Below, piece after piece: positions 34,064 to 42,915 of a DNA stretch of 64,000 nt (positions are counted from its first letter, which is position 1; each line of letters begins with the position of its first letter). Made by a program: the position numbers and the translations under genes. The notes under the pieces are model-generated. The model saw only the letters and a list, made by a program, of their open reading frames with translations, ran no database searches and was not told the DNA's origin. The DNA is from an uncultured Microthrixaceae bacterium. GTDB taxonomy: Bacteria > Actinomycetota > Acidimicrobiia > Acidimicrobiales > VFJN01. Location of the stretch: contig CAVSIC010000021.1 in assembly GCA_963727905.1 (NCBI GenBank), forward strand, positions 34,998-98,997, read 5' to 3'.

Positions 34064-34585
34064 ATGCCGATCCAACGCCTGAACCACGCGGTGCTCTACG
34101 TCCGTGACCTGGAGCGGACGAGGGCCTTCTACACGGAGGCCCTCGACTTCCGGGTCGTGAACGAGATCCCGGGCTTCGGCCTCTTCTTCCAGGCTCCCGG
34201 ATCGACCAACGACCACGACCTCGGCACCTTCGCCATCGGCGACCAGGCCGGGCCCTCGCCCGCCGGCAAGACCACCGTCGGGCTGTACCACCTGGCCTGG
34301 GAGGTCGACACGCTGGCCGAGCTCGAGCGGCTGGGCGGCGTGCTGTCGGCGCGCGGCGCCCTGGTGGGCGCGTCGAGCCACGGCACCACGAAGTCGCTCT
34401 ACGCGAAGGACCCCGACGGCAACGAGTTCGAGCTCGCCTGGCTGGTGCCGCTCGACCTGCTCGACCAGGTCGCCGTCGACGCCCGATCCGAGATCTCCAC
34501 CCTCGACCTCGCCGGCGAGCAGGCCCGCTACGGCGCCGAGACGCTCGGCGGCATCGGCATCTCCCGTCCGGGGGTCCGGTCGTGA
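34064..34585 (+). CDS. VOC-family (glyoxalase/bleomycin-resistance/extradiol dioxygenase) protein
   Basis: 'RLNHAVLYVRDLERTRAFYTEALDF' and 'LYHLAWEV ... KSLYAKDPDGNEFEL' are VOC beta-alpha-beta-beta-beta modules. RBS GGAGGG upstream. Confidence 0.85.
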   Translation: MPIQRLNHAVLYVRDLERTRAFYTEALDFRVVNEIPGFGLFFQAPGSTNDHDLGTFAIGDQAGPSPAGKTTVGLYHLAWEVDTLAELERLGGVLSARGALVGASSHGTTKSLYAKDPDGNEFELAWLVPLDLLDQVAVDARSEISTLDLAGEQARYGAETLGGIGISRPGVRS

Positions 34586-35637
34586 GCACCGAGACCACGA
34601 CCGAAGCCGGCACCGACAGCCCGGTGCTGCAGACCGTGCCGCTCGGCGCGCAGTGGCCCACGCTCGACCCGTTCCTGTTCTGCGCCCACCACGACGACGA
34701 CTACCCCGCCGGTGACGACGCGATGGCGCCCGCGGTGCCCATCGACGACCGAGAGCTGGGCATGGACTTCAGCGGCCAGGACGGCTGGAGCATGTACCAC
34801 GGCCGCACCGTGCCAGGGTTCCCCAACCACCCCCACCGCGGCTTCGAGACGGTCACCTACGTGCGCAAGGGCCTCATCGACCACTCCGACTCGCTCGGCG
34901 CCGCGGCGCGGTTCGGACGGGGCGACGTGCAGTGGCTCACCGCCGGCGGGGGCATCGTCCACGCGGAGATGTTCCCGCTCCTCGAGCGCGACCGCCCGAA
35001 CCCGCTCGAGCTGTTCCAGATCTGGCTGAACCTGCCCGCCGTCGACAAGCTCGTCGAGCCGTACTTCACGATGCTCTGGGCCGGCGACGTGCCCGTGGTC
35101 CACGAGGTGGACGACGAGGGCCGCGCCACCGACGTCACCGTGATCGCGGGATCGTTCGGCGGCGCCACGCCGCCGGCTCCCCCGCCCGACTCGTACGCGG
35201 CGCGGGCGGACGCCGACGTGGCCATCCTCCACCTGCGCCTCGAGCCCGGCGCCCGCTTCCGCCTCCCTGCCGCGCAAGGCGCCGGCACCGCGCGCGTGCT
35301 CTACATCTTCGAGGGCGACACCCTGCGGGTGGCCGACATCGAGGTCGGCAACGACACCGGCGTGGCCGTCCGGGCCGACGTCGCGGTGGACCTCGTCGCC
35401 GGATCCGCCGAGGTCGACGTGCTCGTGCTCCAGGGCCGTCCGATCGGCGAGCCCGTGGCCCGCTACGGCCCGTTCGTGATGACCACCGAGCAGGAGATCG
35501 AGCAGGCGTTCGCGGACTACCGGGAGACCTCCTTCGGCGGCTGGCCGTGGGACGACGATGCCCCAACCCACGGGCGCGACCGGCCGAGGTTCGCCCGCCA
35601 CGTCGACGGCCGCGTCGAGGAGCCGGCGGAGGCCTGA
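34582..35637 (+). CDS. Pirin-family protein
   Basis: 'GFPNHPHRGFETVTYVRKGLIDHSDSLG...GDVQWLTAGGGIVHAEMFP' is the pirin N-terminal cupin with its His ligands. The start overlaps the VOC stop (GTGA). Confidence 0.9.
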   Translation: MSTETTTEAGTDSPVLQTVPLGAQWPTLDPFLFCAHHDDDYPAGDDAMAPAVPIDDRELGMDFSGQDGWSMYHGRTVPGFPNHPHRGFETVTYVRKGLIDHSDSLGAAARFGRGDVQWLTAGGGIVHAEMFPLLERDRPNPLELFQIWLNLPAVDKLVEPYFTMLWAGDVPVVHEVDDEGRATDVTVIAGSFGGATPPAPPPDSYAARADADVAILHLRLEPGARFRLPAAQGAGTARVLYIFEGDTLRVADIEVGNDTGVAVRADVAVDLVAGSAEVDVLVLQGRPIGEPVARYGPFVMTTEQEIEQAFADYRETSFGGWPWDDDAPTHGRDRPRFARHVDGRVEEPAEA

Positions 35638-35721
35638 TCGGCCGGGTCGGCGCTCTGCAAGTGCCGTTCTCATGGGACTACAGTCACCTTCTCGCCAGAT
35701 CGTCGGAGCAGGGAGAACAGG

Positions 35722-36471
35722 GTGCGCATCGTCGTCGTAGGTGCCTCGAGCGGGATCGGTCGGTGCATCGGGGTCGGTCTGGCCCAGGGCGGGGCGCAGG
35801 TCGCGCTCCTGGCCCGCCGCAAGGAACGCCTCACCGACGCCGCCAAGGACGCCGGACCGGGCACGCTCGCCATCGAGTGCGACGTCACCGACGAGGCATC
35901 GTGCCGCGCTGCCATCGAGGAGGCCGCCTCCGGGCTCGGCGGCATCGACGGCCTCGTCTACACGCCGGGGATCGGACCGCTCGTCCGCCTCGTGGACACG
36001 GACGCCGACCAGTGGCGCCGGGTGTTCGACACCAACGTCATCGGCGCGTCGCTCGTCACCGCCGCCGCGCTCCCCCACCTCAAGGCCGCCACCGGCACCG
36101 GCATCTACCTGTCGTCGGTGAGCGCCTCCCAGACCCCGCCGTGGCCCGGGCTCGGCGCCTACGCCGTGAGCAAGGCCGCCCTCGACAAGCTCGTCGACGC
36201 GTGGCGGGCGGAGCACCCCGACCTCGGGTTCACCCGGCTGATCGTCGGCGAGTGCGCCGGCGGCGAAGGCGATGCGGGGACGGGGTTCGCGGACGCCTGG
36301 GACCAGGACCTCGCCGCCGAGCTCGTGCCGATGTGGATCTCACGGGCCTACATGAGTGGGGCGATGATGCCCGTCGAGCGCGTGGTGGGCGCCGTGGAGC
36401 ACATCCTGCGGGCCGGGGCCACCGATTCGGTCCCGTCCGTCACCGTCGCCCCCCGGCACCCGCCGCTCTAG
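35722..36471 (+). CDS. Short-chain dehydrogenase/reductase (SDR)
   Basis: 'VVVGASSGIGR' (TGxxxGxG type) and 'YAVSKAAL' (YxxxK) are present. Confidence 0.85.
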   Translation: MRIVVVGASSGIGRCIGVGLAQGGAQVALLARRKERLTDAAKDAGPGTLAIECDVTDEASCRAAIEEAASGLGGIDGLVYTPGIGPLVRLVDTDADQWRRVFDTNVIGASLVTAAALPHLKAATGTGIYLSSVSASQTPPWPGLGAYAVSKAALDKLVDAWRAEHPDLGFTRLIVGECAGGEGDAGTGFADAWDQDLAAELVPMWISRAYMSGAMMPVERVVGAVEHILRAGATDSVPSVTVAPRHPPL

Positions 36472-36483
36472 CGGGGACCTTCG

Positions 36484-36876
36484 TTGGACCCGGCGACCTC
36501 CGGCTACGTCGATCGGCCCGACTACCGGGTCGAGCTCCTCCGCCGGCGCAACCGCTGCGAGGTCCGCGCCGGCGACGTCCTGATCGCCGCGAGCGAGCAG
36601 TGCACGGTCGTCGACGAGCAGGACCACGGGCTCGTCGTCTACTTCCCGCGCGCGGATGTCGACCTGACGAAGCTCGAGCCGAGCGACCGCACCAGCCGCT
36701 GCCCGTTCAAGGGCACCGCCACCTACTGGCGCCTGCCCGGAGCAGAGGCCGAGGTGGCCTGGACCTACGAGGACCCGTACCCGCAGGTCGCGGACCTCGC
36801 CGGTCAGGTCGCGTTCTACCAGGACCGCGTCACGGTCACGATCGGCGTGGCCCACCCGGCGGTCTCCGGTCGGTGA
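36484..36876 (+). CDS. DUF427-domain protein
   Basis: 130 aa. '...VVYFPRADVD...TSRCPFKGTATYW...AWTYEDPYPQVADLAGQVAFY' matches the DUF427 pattern. Confidence 0.75.
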   Translation: MDPATSGYVDRPDYRVELLRRRNRCEVRAGDVLIAASEQCTVVDEQDHGLVVYFPRADVDLTKLEPSDRTSRCPFKGTATYWRLPGAEAEVAWTYEDPYPQVADLAGQVAFYQDRVTVTIGVAHPAVSGR

Positions 36877-37724
36877 GCTCGCTCGCCGGCCTGCTGGACG
36901 TGTTCGACGTCGAGGAGGTCGGACCGCACCGGTACCGCGGTCAGCACGACGCCGGGGACCGCGAGGTGATCGACGGCAGCCAGGTGCTGGCCCAGTCGAT
37001 CGTCGCTGCGACCCGGTCGTGCACCGGCAAGGTCGTCCGCTCCGCCCACGCGGTGTTCATCGCGCCGGTCACCGCCGCCCAGCCGATCGACGTCGCGGTC
37101 GAGGTCGTGCGGGAGGGCCGCACGGCCGCGTCCGCGCGGGTGGTCGGCACGCAAGGCGATCGCACGAAGGTCGACGTGCTCCTGCTGCTCGACGTGCCCC
37201 AGCCCGACGTCGTGCGCCGCGCCGCCCAGGTCGAGGCGGTTGGCCCCGACGAGGCCATCGCGCTGCACATGCCGGTGGACGGACGCGAGGTCCGGCTGGT
37301 CGGCGTCGCCGACCCGAACGACCCCGACCACGTCGGGCCGCCGGTGCTCGACGCCTGGGTCCGCTACGACGACCCGCCCCAGCGGGACGACCTGGTGCGG
37401 GCGCTGCTCGCCCACTTCACCGGCCACCTGTCGATCTCCACGAGCATGTTCCCCCACCTGGGCCTCGGCACCGCCCAAGCCCACCGCACGCTGTCCACCG
37501 GCGTGATGACGATCGGCATCGCCTTCCACGAGCCCGTCAGCGCGGGCGGATGGCTGCTGTACCACCACGAGAGCACACAGGTCGGGGCCGGGATGTCCTA
37601 CGTGCGCGGTCAGATCGTGGGCGACGACGGCGCGCTCGTGGCGTCGTTCACCCAGGAGGGGCTGATCCGCGCCTTCGTGCCGGAGGCCGGCGCCGAGGCG
37701 ATCCCGGAGGCCGCGCGGCTCTGA
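36873..37724 (+). CDS. Acyl-CoA thioesterase II (TesB-like, double hotdog)
   Basis: GTG 36873 overlaps the upstream stop (GTGA). 'LLDVFDVEEVGPHRYRGQH...IDGSQVLAQSIVAA...SAHAVFI' and '...GAGMSYVRGQIVGDDGALVASFTQEGLIR' resemble TesB. Confidence 0.8.
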   Translation: MSSLAGLLDVFDVEEVGPHRYRGQHDAGDREVIDGSQVLAQSIVAATRSCTGKVVRSAHAVFIAPVTAAQPIDVAVEVVREGRTAASARVVGTQGDRTKVDVLLLLDVPQPDVVRRAAQVEAVGPDEAIALHMPVDGREVRLVGVADPNDPDHVGPPVLDAWVRYDDPPQRDDLVRALLAHFTGHLSISTSMFPHLGLGTAQAHRTLSTGVMTIGIAFHEPVSAGGWLLYHHESTQVGAGMSYVRGQIVGDDGALVASFTQEGLIRAFVPEAGAEAIPEAARL

Positions 37725-37740
37725 CCGACGGGCCCGTCGG
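37725..37740. terminator. Perfect 16-bp palindrome CCGACGGGCCCGTCGG between the convergent TesB-like and ABC ATPase genes (candidate bidirectional hairpin)
   Basis: Read directly. It fills most of the 19-nt gap between the two stop codons. No U-tract. Confidence 0.4.
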
Positions 37741-37743
37741 CGA

Positions 37744-38469
37744 TCAGGTCAGGACGCCGAGGTACGCGGCCTGCACGTCCGGGTGCTCGCGGACGTGCTT
37801 GGGCGTCCCGGTGGCGATGACCTCGCCGAAGTTGAGGACGAAGATCTCCGAGCACAGCTGCATCACGAGGTCCATGTCGTGCTCCACCAGGAGGATGGCC
37901 ACCCCGGAGCCGGCGACCGTCTCCAGCACCTCGGCGAGGCGCAGGGTCTCGACCTCGTCGAGGCCGCTGGCTGGCTCGTCGAGGAGCAGCACCTTCGGCT
38001 CCGTGGCGAGCGCTCGGCCGAGCTCCACGAGGCGGGCCTGCCCGGTGGGCAGTGCGTCGGCGCGGCGGCCGGCCACCGGCCCGAGGCCGAGGAGCTCCAC
38101 CACCCGGTCGGCCACCGCCACCGCCCCCCGCGTGCCGTGCCGCCGGTTCAGGCCGGCGATCTCCGCGGCGGTGCGGACGTTGTCGAACGCGGTCATCGAC
38201 CCGAACAGCTCGAGCCGCTGGAAGGTGCGGTTCATGCCGAGGCTGGCCCGACGGTGCGGGGGCGCACTGGAGACGTCGACGCCGTCGAGGTGGACCCGGC
38301 CGCGGCAGCGCTGGACGCCCGCGATGGCGTTGAAGGTGGTGGTCTTGCCGGCTCCGTTCGGACCGATCAGGCCGACGATCGTGCCGGCCTCGACCGTCAG
38401 CGAGACGTCACGAACCGCTGCGTGCGCCCCGAAGCGGACGTCCAGGTGCTGCGCGTCGAGCACGGCCAT
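37744..38469 (-). CDS. Branched-chain-amino-acid-type ABC transporter ATP-binding protein (LivG-like), intact
   Basis: 241 aa from ATG 38469 (AGGAGG upstream). Walker A 'GPNGAGKTT', 'LPTGQARLVELGRAL' (signature variant) and Walker B 'LLLDEPASGL' are present. Confidence 0.9.
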   Translation of the reverse strand: MAVLDAQHLDVRFGAHAAVRDVSLTVEAGTIVGLIGPNGAGKTTTFNAIAGVQRCRGRVHLDGVDVSSAPPHRRASLGMNRTFQRLELFGSMTAFDNVRTAAEIAGLNRRHGTRGAVAVADRVVELLGLGPVAGRRADALPTGQARLVELGRALATEPKVLLLDEPASGLDEVETLRLAEVLETVAGSGVAILLVEHDMDLVMQLCSEIFVLNFGEVIATGTPKHVREHPDVQAAYLGVLT

Positions 38470-38883
38470 TGCGAGGCTCCTCCTGTGAGGGATCGGATGG
38501 CGTCCACGAGCTCGAGGTGGTCTCGGCGACGCGCCGCCTCGTGGGCGCGGGCGTCGCGGATCGCCACCGTGAGCCAGTGGGTGAAGAGCGTGAGCGCCCC
38601 GATGATCGCCAGCGCCAGGCCGAGGAGGCCACCGGAGATCAGGTACGGGACCTGCTCCTCGATCAGCACCGAGTTCGCGGCGCCCGACCCACCCGAGCAC
38701 GATCACCAGGAGCCCGGTCGCCATCAGAGAGGCCGCCACGCTCAGGAGGAAGCGCGGGTGGCCGACGATCGACCGGCGACCCTCGTCTCGCAGGTGGTCG
38801 TCGGCGCCGTCGGCGAGTCGGGCGTCGCGCTCCTCCGGAGGTGGCCCCCCGTCGAGCACCTCGAACCGCTCGGGTGAGGTCAT
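38397..38883 (-). pseudogene. Two-TM membrane protein of unknown function embedded in the ABC operon; one +1 frame break near 38685
   Basis: ATG 38883 overlaps the upstream stop (ATGA). It reads MTSPERFEVLDGGPPPEERDARLADGADDHLRDEGRRSIVGHPRFLLSVAASLMATGLLVIVLGWVG. After one extra base it continues as AANSVLIEEQVPYLISGGLLGLALAIIGALTLFTHWLTVAIRDARAHEAARRRDHLELVDAIRSL. The 3' end is uncertain and overlaps the LivG-like start. Confidence 0.5.
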
Positions 38884-40269
38884 GGTTCCTCCCAGTCACA
38901 GGGATCGGTGTGGTCCGCCGTCAGGACGGCGAAGGCGAGCGCCCCGAGCCGGTCGCCGATGAACGGCACCGCCAGCAGGGCGAGCAGCACGAGCGAGCCG
39001 ATGCCGGCGCCCTCGGGGATCGGGACGTCGGTGCCGACCGGGCGCTGGCCGCCGGGGCCGACGGGAGCGGGGGCGACGGTGCCCGGCAGGTCGAAGGTCG
39101 GGGAGATCGACGGCACGTCGAACGAGGTGTCGGGCAGGAACGGTGTCTCGGGCAGGCCGGCCTCGAAGCCCGGACGGGCGGCCAGCGACACGGTGCCGCG
39201 GGCGACCTCGACGGACACGAGGTGCTTCGCCTTCGCGATGGTGAGGACGTCCTCGACGCCGGGAGCACCCGGGATGCGGGTTGTCGATCGGCGGGAAGGC
39301 GTCGATCAGCAGGGCGAGGCCGGGGAGGGTGCGCTGCGACAGCTCGAGGTCGACCTTCAGGCCAGCCGTGGCGAGCTGGCCGGCGGCGCCGCCCTCGAGC
39401 TTCACAGGGCTCGACAGCGTGACGGTGATGCCGACCTGGCGGAGGATCTCGCCGACCGGTCCGGCCAGCCCGCCGAGGAGCGGCCCGAGGATCGGATCGG
39501 CGGCGTCGCCCTGGTGGATGCCCTTGCTGTCGATGGTGACGGGGACGCCCAGGATCGACGCGCCGGCGACGGTGGTGCCACCACTCAGCTTGGTGTCACC
39601 GCCCTCGGAGGTCGCCGTGAGGTCGGTGGTGATCGAGTCGATCACCAGGAGCCCGAGCACGTTGAAGCCGCTGGTCTGGGTGCGGGCGTGCACGGTGACC
39701 GTGGAGCCGTCGGTCTCGGTGGTGGCCGTCGCGGTGACGGTGCCGAACGTGGCCACGGCGGGAGCGTCGACCGCGGGCAGCGTGGCGTGGGCCCGCGATC
39801 CGCGCGTCGGTGACGTCGACCCGCGCCGACGAGGCCCGGGACCGGGCTCACCTCCGCGCTCGGGTTGCCGGAGCCCGACGTCGCCGAGATGCGGTACGGG
39901 TAGGGCGGGAGCGTGCCGGCGGGGTACTGCTGCCGACGCGAGCGACAGCACGACGTCGGGGTTGGCGAGCAGGTCGCCGGGGTCGGCCACGGAGGCCCGG
40001 GCGAAGGTCGACGGGCCGCTGGCGATCGTGGCGAGGGCGTCGGGGATCCCGAGGTCGACGGGGGGCGGCGTCGGGAGGATGTTGCCGAGGTTGTAGAAGG
40101 CGTGGACGCCGGACGCGGCGGCCGACCCCTGGTAGCCGCCGAGCGTGCCGCCGTCCTGCGCGGCGCTGGGGGCACCCTCGAAGAAGCTCGCGGCCACGAC
40201 GAGCCCGAGCACCACCCGGATCGCTCGCAGCGCCGGGTGCCTCCGACCCCTCGTGCCTCTCGCGGTCAT
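38880..40269 (-). pseudogene. Secreted, C-terminally membrane-anchored protein of unknown function embedded in the ABC operon; about 4 +1 frame breaks
   Basis: ATG 40269 overlaps the permease stop (ATGA). The signal-like N-terminus is MTARGTRGRRHPALRAIRVVLGLVVAASFFEGAPSAAQ. The body is readable through four frames (...QYPAGTLPPYPYRISATSGSGNPSAEVSPVPG / ARVDVTDARIAGP / HATLPAVDAPAVATFGTVTATATTETDGSTVTVHARTQTSGFNVLGLLVIDSITTDLTATSEGG... / ...SVEVARGTVSLAARPGFEAGLPETPFLPD...). It ends with the TM segment GIGSLVLLALLAVPFIGDRLGALAFAVL. The length of 1390 nt equals 462 codons plus 4 nt. Confidence 0.55.
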
Positions 40270-41279
40270 GCCTCGACCCCCAGCTCCCCGGGTGCGGCGG
40301 CTCGAGCCTCGGACCGACGGCGGGCCCGTCCCACGAGGGCCTCCCGCCAGCTGCCGCCCTGCCCGAACCCGGACGTCAGCATGCCGGCGAGCCCGTCCGG
40401 CTGGCGGCCGAGGCCGATGGCGGCGGCGGCGATCACGACGAACACCAGCCCGGCGAGGTCGGGGTAGGTGGACTGGGCGTAGACGAGGGCGGCGAACAGG
40501 CCGCCGGCGATCGCCGCACCGGTGACGGTGGTGATGCCGCCGACGAAGGCGTAGAGGAGGATCACGAGGCTGTTCACCGGGTCGAACTGCGTGCCGTCGG
40601 CCGTGCCGTTCATCCCACCGAAGAGCGCCCCCGCGCACCCGGCGATGAACGCCGAGAACGCGAAGATCGCGACCTTGGCCCACCGGACCCGCAGGCCGAG
40701 GGTGGCGGCGGCGAGCTCGCTGTCCCGGATCGCGGTGAGCTGGCGACCGAACCAGCTCCGCCGCACCACGCCCACCACGATCGCCAGCACGACGAACACG
40801 ATCGCGCACCACACGGCGAACGCGGTGTCCGACCGGGTGGAGATGCCGAGCACGTCGGGGCGGCCCACGAAGCGGCCGCTCCGGCCGAAGACGTGCGGGT
40901 CGTCGAGGATCACCGCGCGCCCGATCAGCGCGATGCCGAACGTGCTGAGCGCGAGGTGGAGGCCCCGCAGCCGCACCGACGGCAGCGCGACGAGGACGCC
41001 GAGCAGCCCGGACACCAGCCCGCCGAGCGAGCATGCCGAGCACGTTGTTGCCGCCGAACGCCTCGCCGCCACGAACGCGCCGATCCCCGAGGAACAGGTA
41101 CTGGGTGAGCGAGATCTGGCCCGAGAGCCCGTGAGCGCGACCAGCGACAGCGCGATGGTGGCGATCACGAGGCCGCGCACCAGGTGCGCCGAGATGTCGG
41201 ATCCTCCGAGGTTGCCCGCGAGGGCGACCAGGCCGACGAGCACGGCACCGGCCACAGCCGAGCGGCGCAGGTCGGCACC
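40266..41279 (-). pseudogene. LivM-like ABC permease, multiple frame breaks (boundary with the LivH-like part is approximate)
   Basis: Recognisable only by frame hopping: ...LVIATIALSLVALT / GLSGQISLTQYLFLG / IGAFVAA / EAFGGNNVLGMLA / GGLVSGLLGVLVALPSVRLRGLHLALSTFGIALIG.... These give the LivM 'GQISL...G.GAY' and 'RLRG.Y.A..T' motifs. The C-terminal 230 aa are in one frame. Confidence 0.7.
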
Positions 41280-42187
41280 GGCGGCTGGTCGCGCCCGACC
41301 ACCCGTCCCGCTGACAGGCGGAACGACGGGACGAAGAGCACGGCCAGCACGAGGAAGATGCCCGGGATGGCGAGGCGCAGCCGGAGGAACACGTCGCCGT
41401 CCGGCCAGAGCCACGAGACGTTCGGGAGCTCCTGGCACAGCCCGAGGATCAGCGCGCCGACGAACGTCATCGGCAGGCTGGTGAGCCGGCCGATCATCGC
41501 GGCGCCGTAGGCGTTGAGCACCAGCAGGGTGAGCACGATGGCGTTGAGGTTGGTGCCGGCGGAGAACGAGCACCCCGGCGAGGGCCGCCAGGACGAAGCC
41601 GATCATCCAGCTGTACCGGGCCATCGCCACCGAGCGCACGCCGTTCAGGCGGGCCAGCTCGGGGTCGTCGACCACCGACCGCATGCGGGCGCCGAGCGAG
41701 GTGCCGAAGAGGAGGAACCGCAGGCCGAACGCCACCGCGATGGCGATCGCCACCTGGGCGATGCGGTCGTAGGAGATCGGCACGTCGAGGACCGGATCTT
41801 GTGGTCACCGAGCAGGAACGGGGCGTTGCGGGCCACGTCCTCGGGGAACACCTTCTGCGCGACGCCGAGCAGCCCGACCGTGAGCGCGACGGTGACGACC
41901 AGCGAGGTGGCGTAGTCCGACCCCTGGAACTGTCGCAGCAGGCGCTCCACGACGAGGCCCGCGAGCGGTGCGGCGATGAACACCACGAGGACGACGGCGA
42001 TCGGCGTCGGCACGTCCTGGTTGACGTGGAGCTCGTAGTAGACGAACGCCGCGATCATGCCGACCGCGCCGTGGGCGAAGTTGAAGACGCCGGTCACCGT
42101 GTAGGTGAGCACGAGGCCCATCGCGGCGATGGCGTAGATGCAGCCGAGCATCAGGCCGAACAGCGTGAACTGGAGGAGCTCGGTCAC
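41280..42187 (-). pseudogene. LivH-like ABC permease, multiple frame breaks; reads in frame from the LivF-like ATPase with no stop
   Basis: VTELLQFTLFGLMLGCIYAIAAMGLVLTYTVTGVFNFAHGAVGMIAAF... (LivH N-terminal signature), then ...FLLGDHKI / VLDVPISYDRIAQVAIAIAVAFGLRFLLFGTSLGARMRSVVDDPELARLNGV... / ...LTLLVLNAYGAAMIGRLTSLPMTFVGALILG..., each segment in a different frame. Confidence 0.7.
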
Positions 42188-42915
42188 CGCGCCGCTCCCG
42201 AGGTAGGCGGCCTGCACGGCGTCGTCGGCCCCCGAGCTCGGGCCGTCGTAGGTGACGACGCCGTGGGCCATCACGTAGGCGTGGTCGGCGAAGCGGAGCC
42301 CGACGGTGGCGAACTGCTCGACCACGAGCACCGACACGCCGGCGGAGGCCACGTGGGCGACCGCCTCGTAGAGCTCGCCGACGATCAGCGGGGCCAGGCC
42401 CATCGACAGCTCGTCGACGAGGAGGACCGAGGGGTCGGTGCCCAGCCCGCGGGCGAGGGCCAGCATCTGCTTCTCGCCGCCGGACAGCGTGCCGGCCAGC
42501 TGGGTGCGGCGTTCGGCGAGCCGGGGGAACAGGGTGAAGGCGACCTCGGTGATGCGCTCGAGGTCGGCCCCGCAGGCGGCCGCCACCCGGAGGTTGTCGG
42601 CCACGTTGAGGTTCGGGAACACCGACCGGCCCTCGCGGATGTGGCAGACGCCGAGCCGGGCCAGCACGTCGGCCCCGGCGCCGGTTGAGGTGGCGGCCCT
42701 CGACGTGGCGGCAGCCGCGGGTCGGGGTGAGGAGCCCGCTCATGACGCCGAGGACCGTGGTCTTGCCGGCGCCGTTCGGCCCGAGGAGGGCGGTCACGCT
42801 CGCCACGTCGGACGCCGATGTCGACGCCGTGGACCACCTCGATGCGGCCGTAGGCGGCCCCGACCCCGCGCAGCGCGATCGGCGCGACCTCGGTCGCCTC
42901 CAGCACGCCCGTCAA
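42188..42915 (-). pseudogene. LivF-like ABC ATP-binding protein, two +1 frame breaks in the N-terminal 100 aa
   Basis: TTG 42915 overlaps the substrate-binding-protein stop (TTGA); GTG 42906 is an alternative start. It reads LEATEVAPIALRGVGAAYGRIEVVHGVDIGV / ASVTALLGPNGAGKTTVLGVMSGLLTPTRG (Walker A) / LARLGVCHIREGRSVFPNLNVADNL...LSGGEKQMLALARGL...LLVDELSMGLAP (signature and Walker B), across three frames. Confidence 0.75.
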
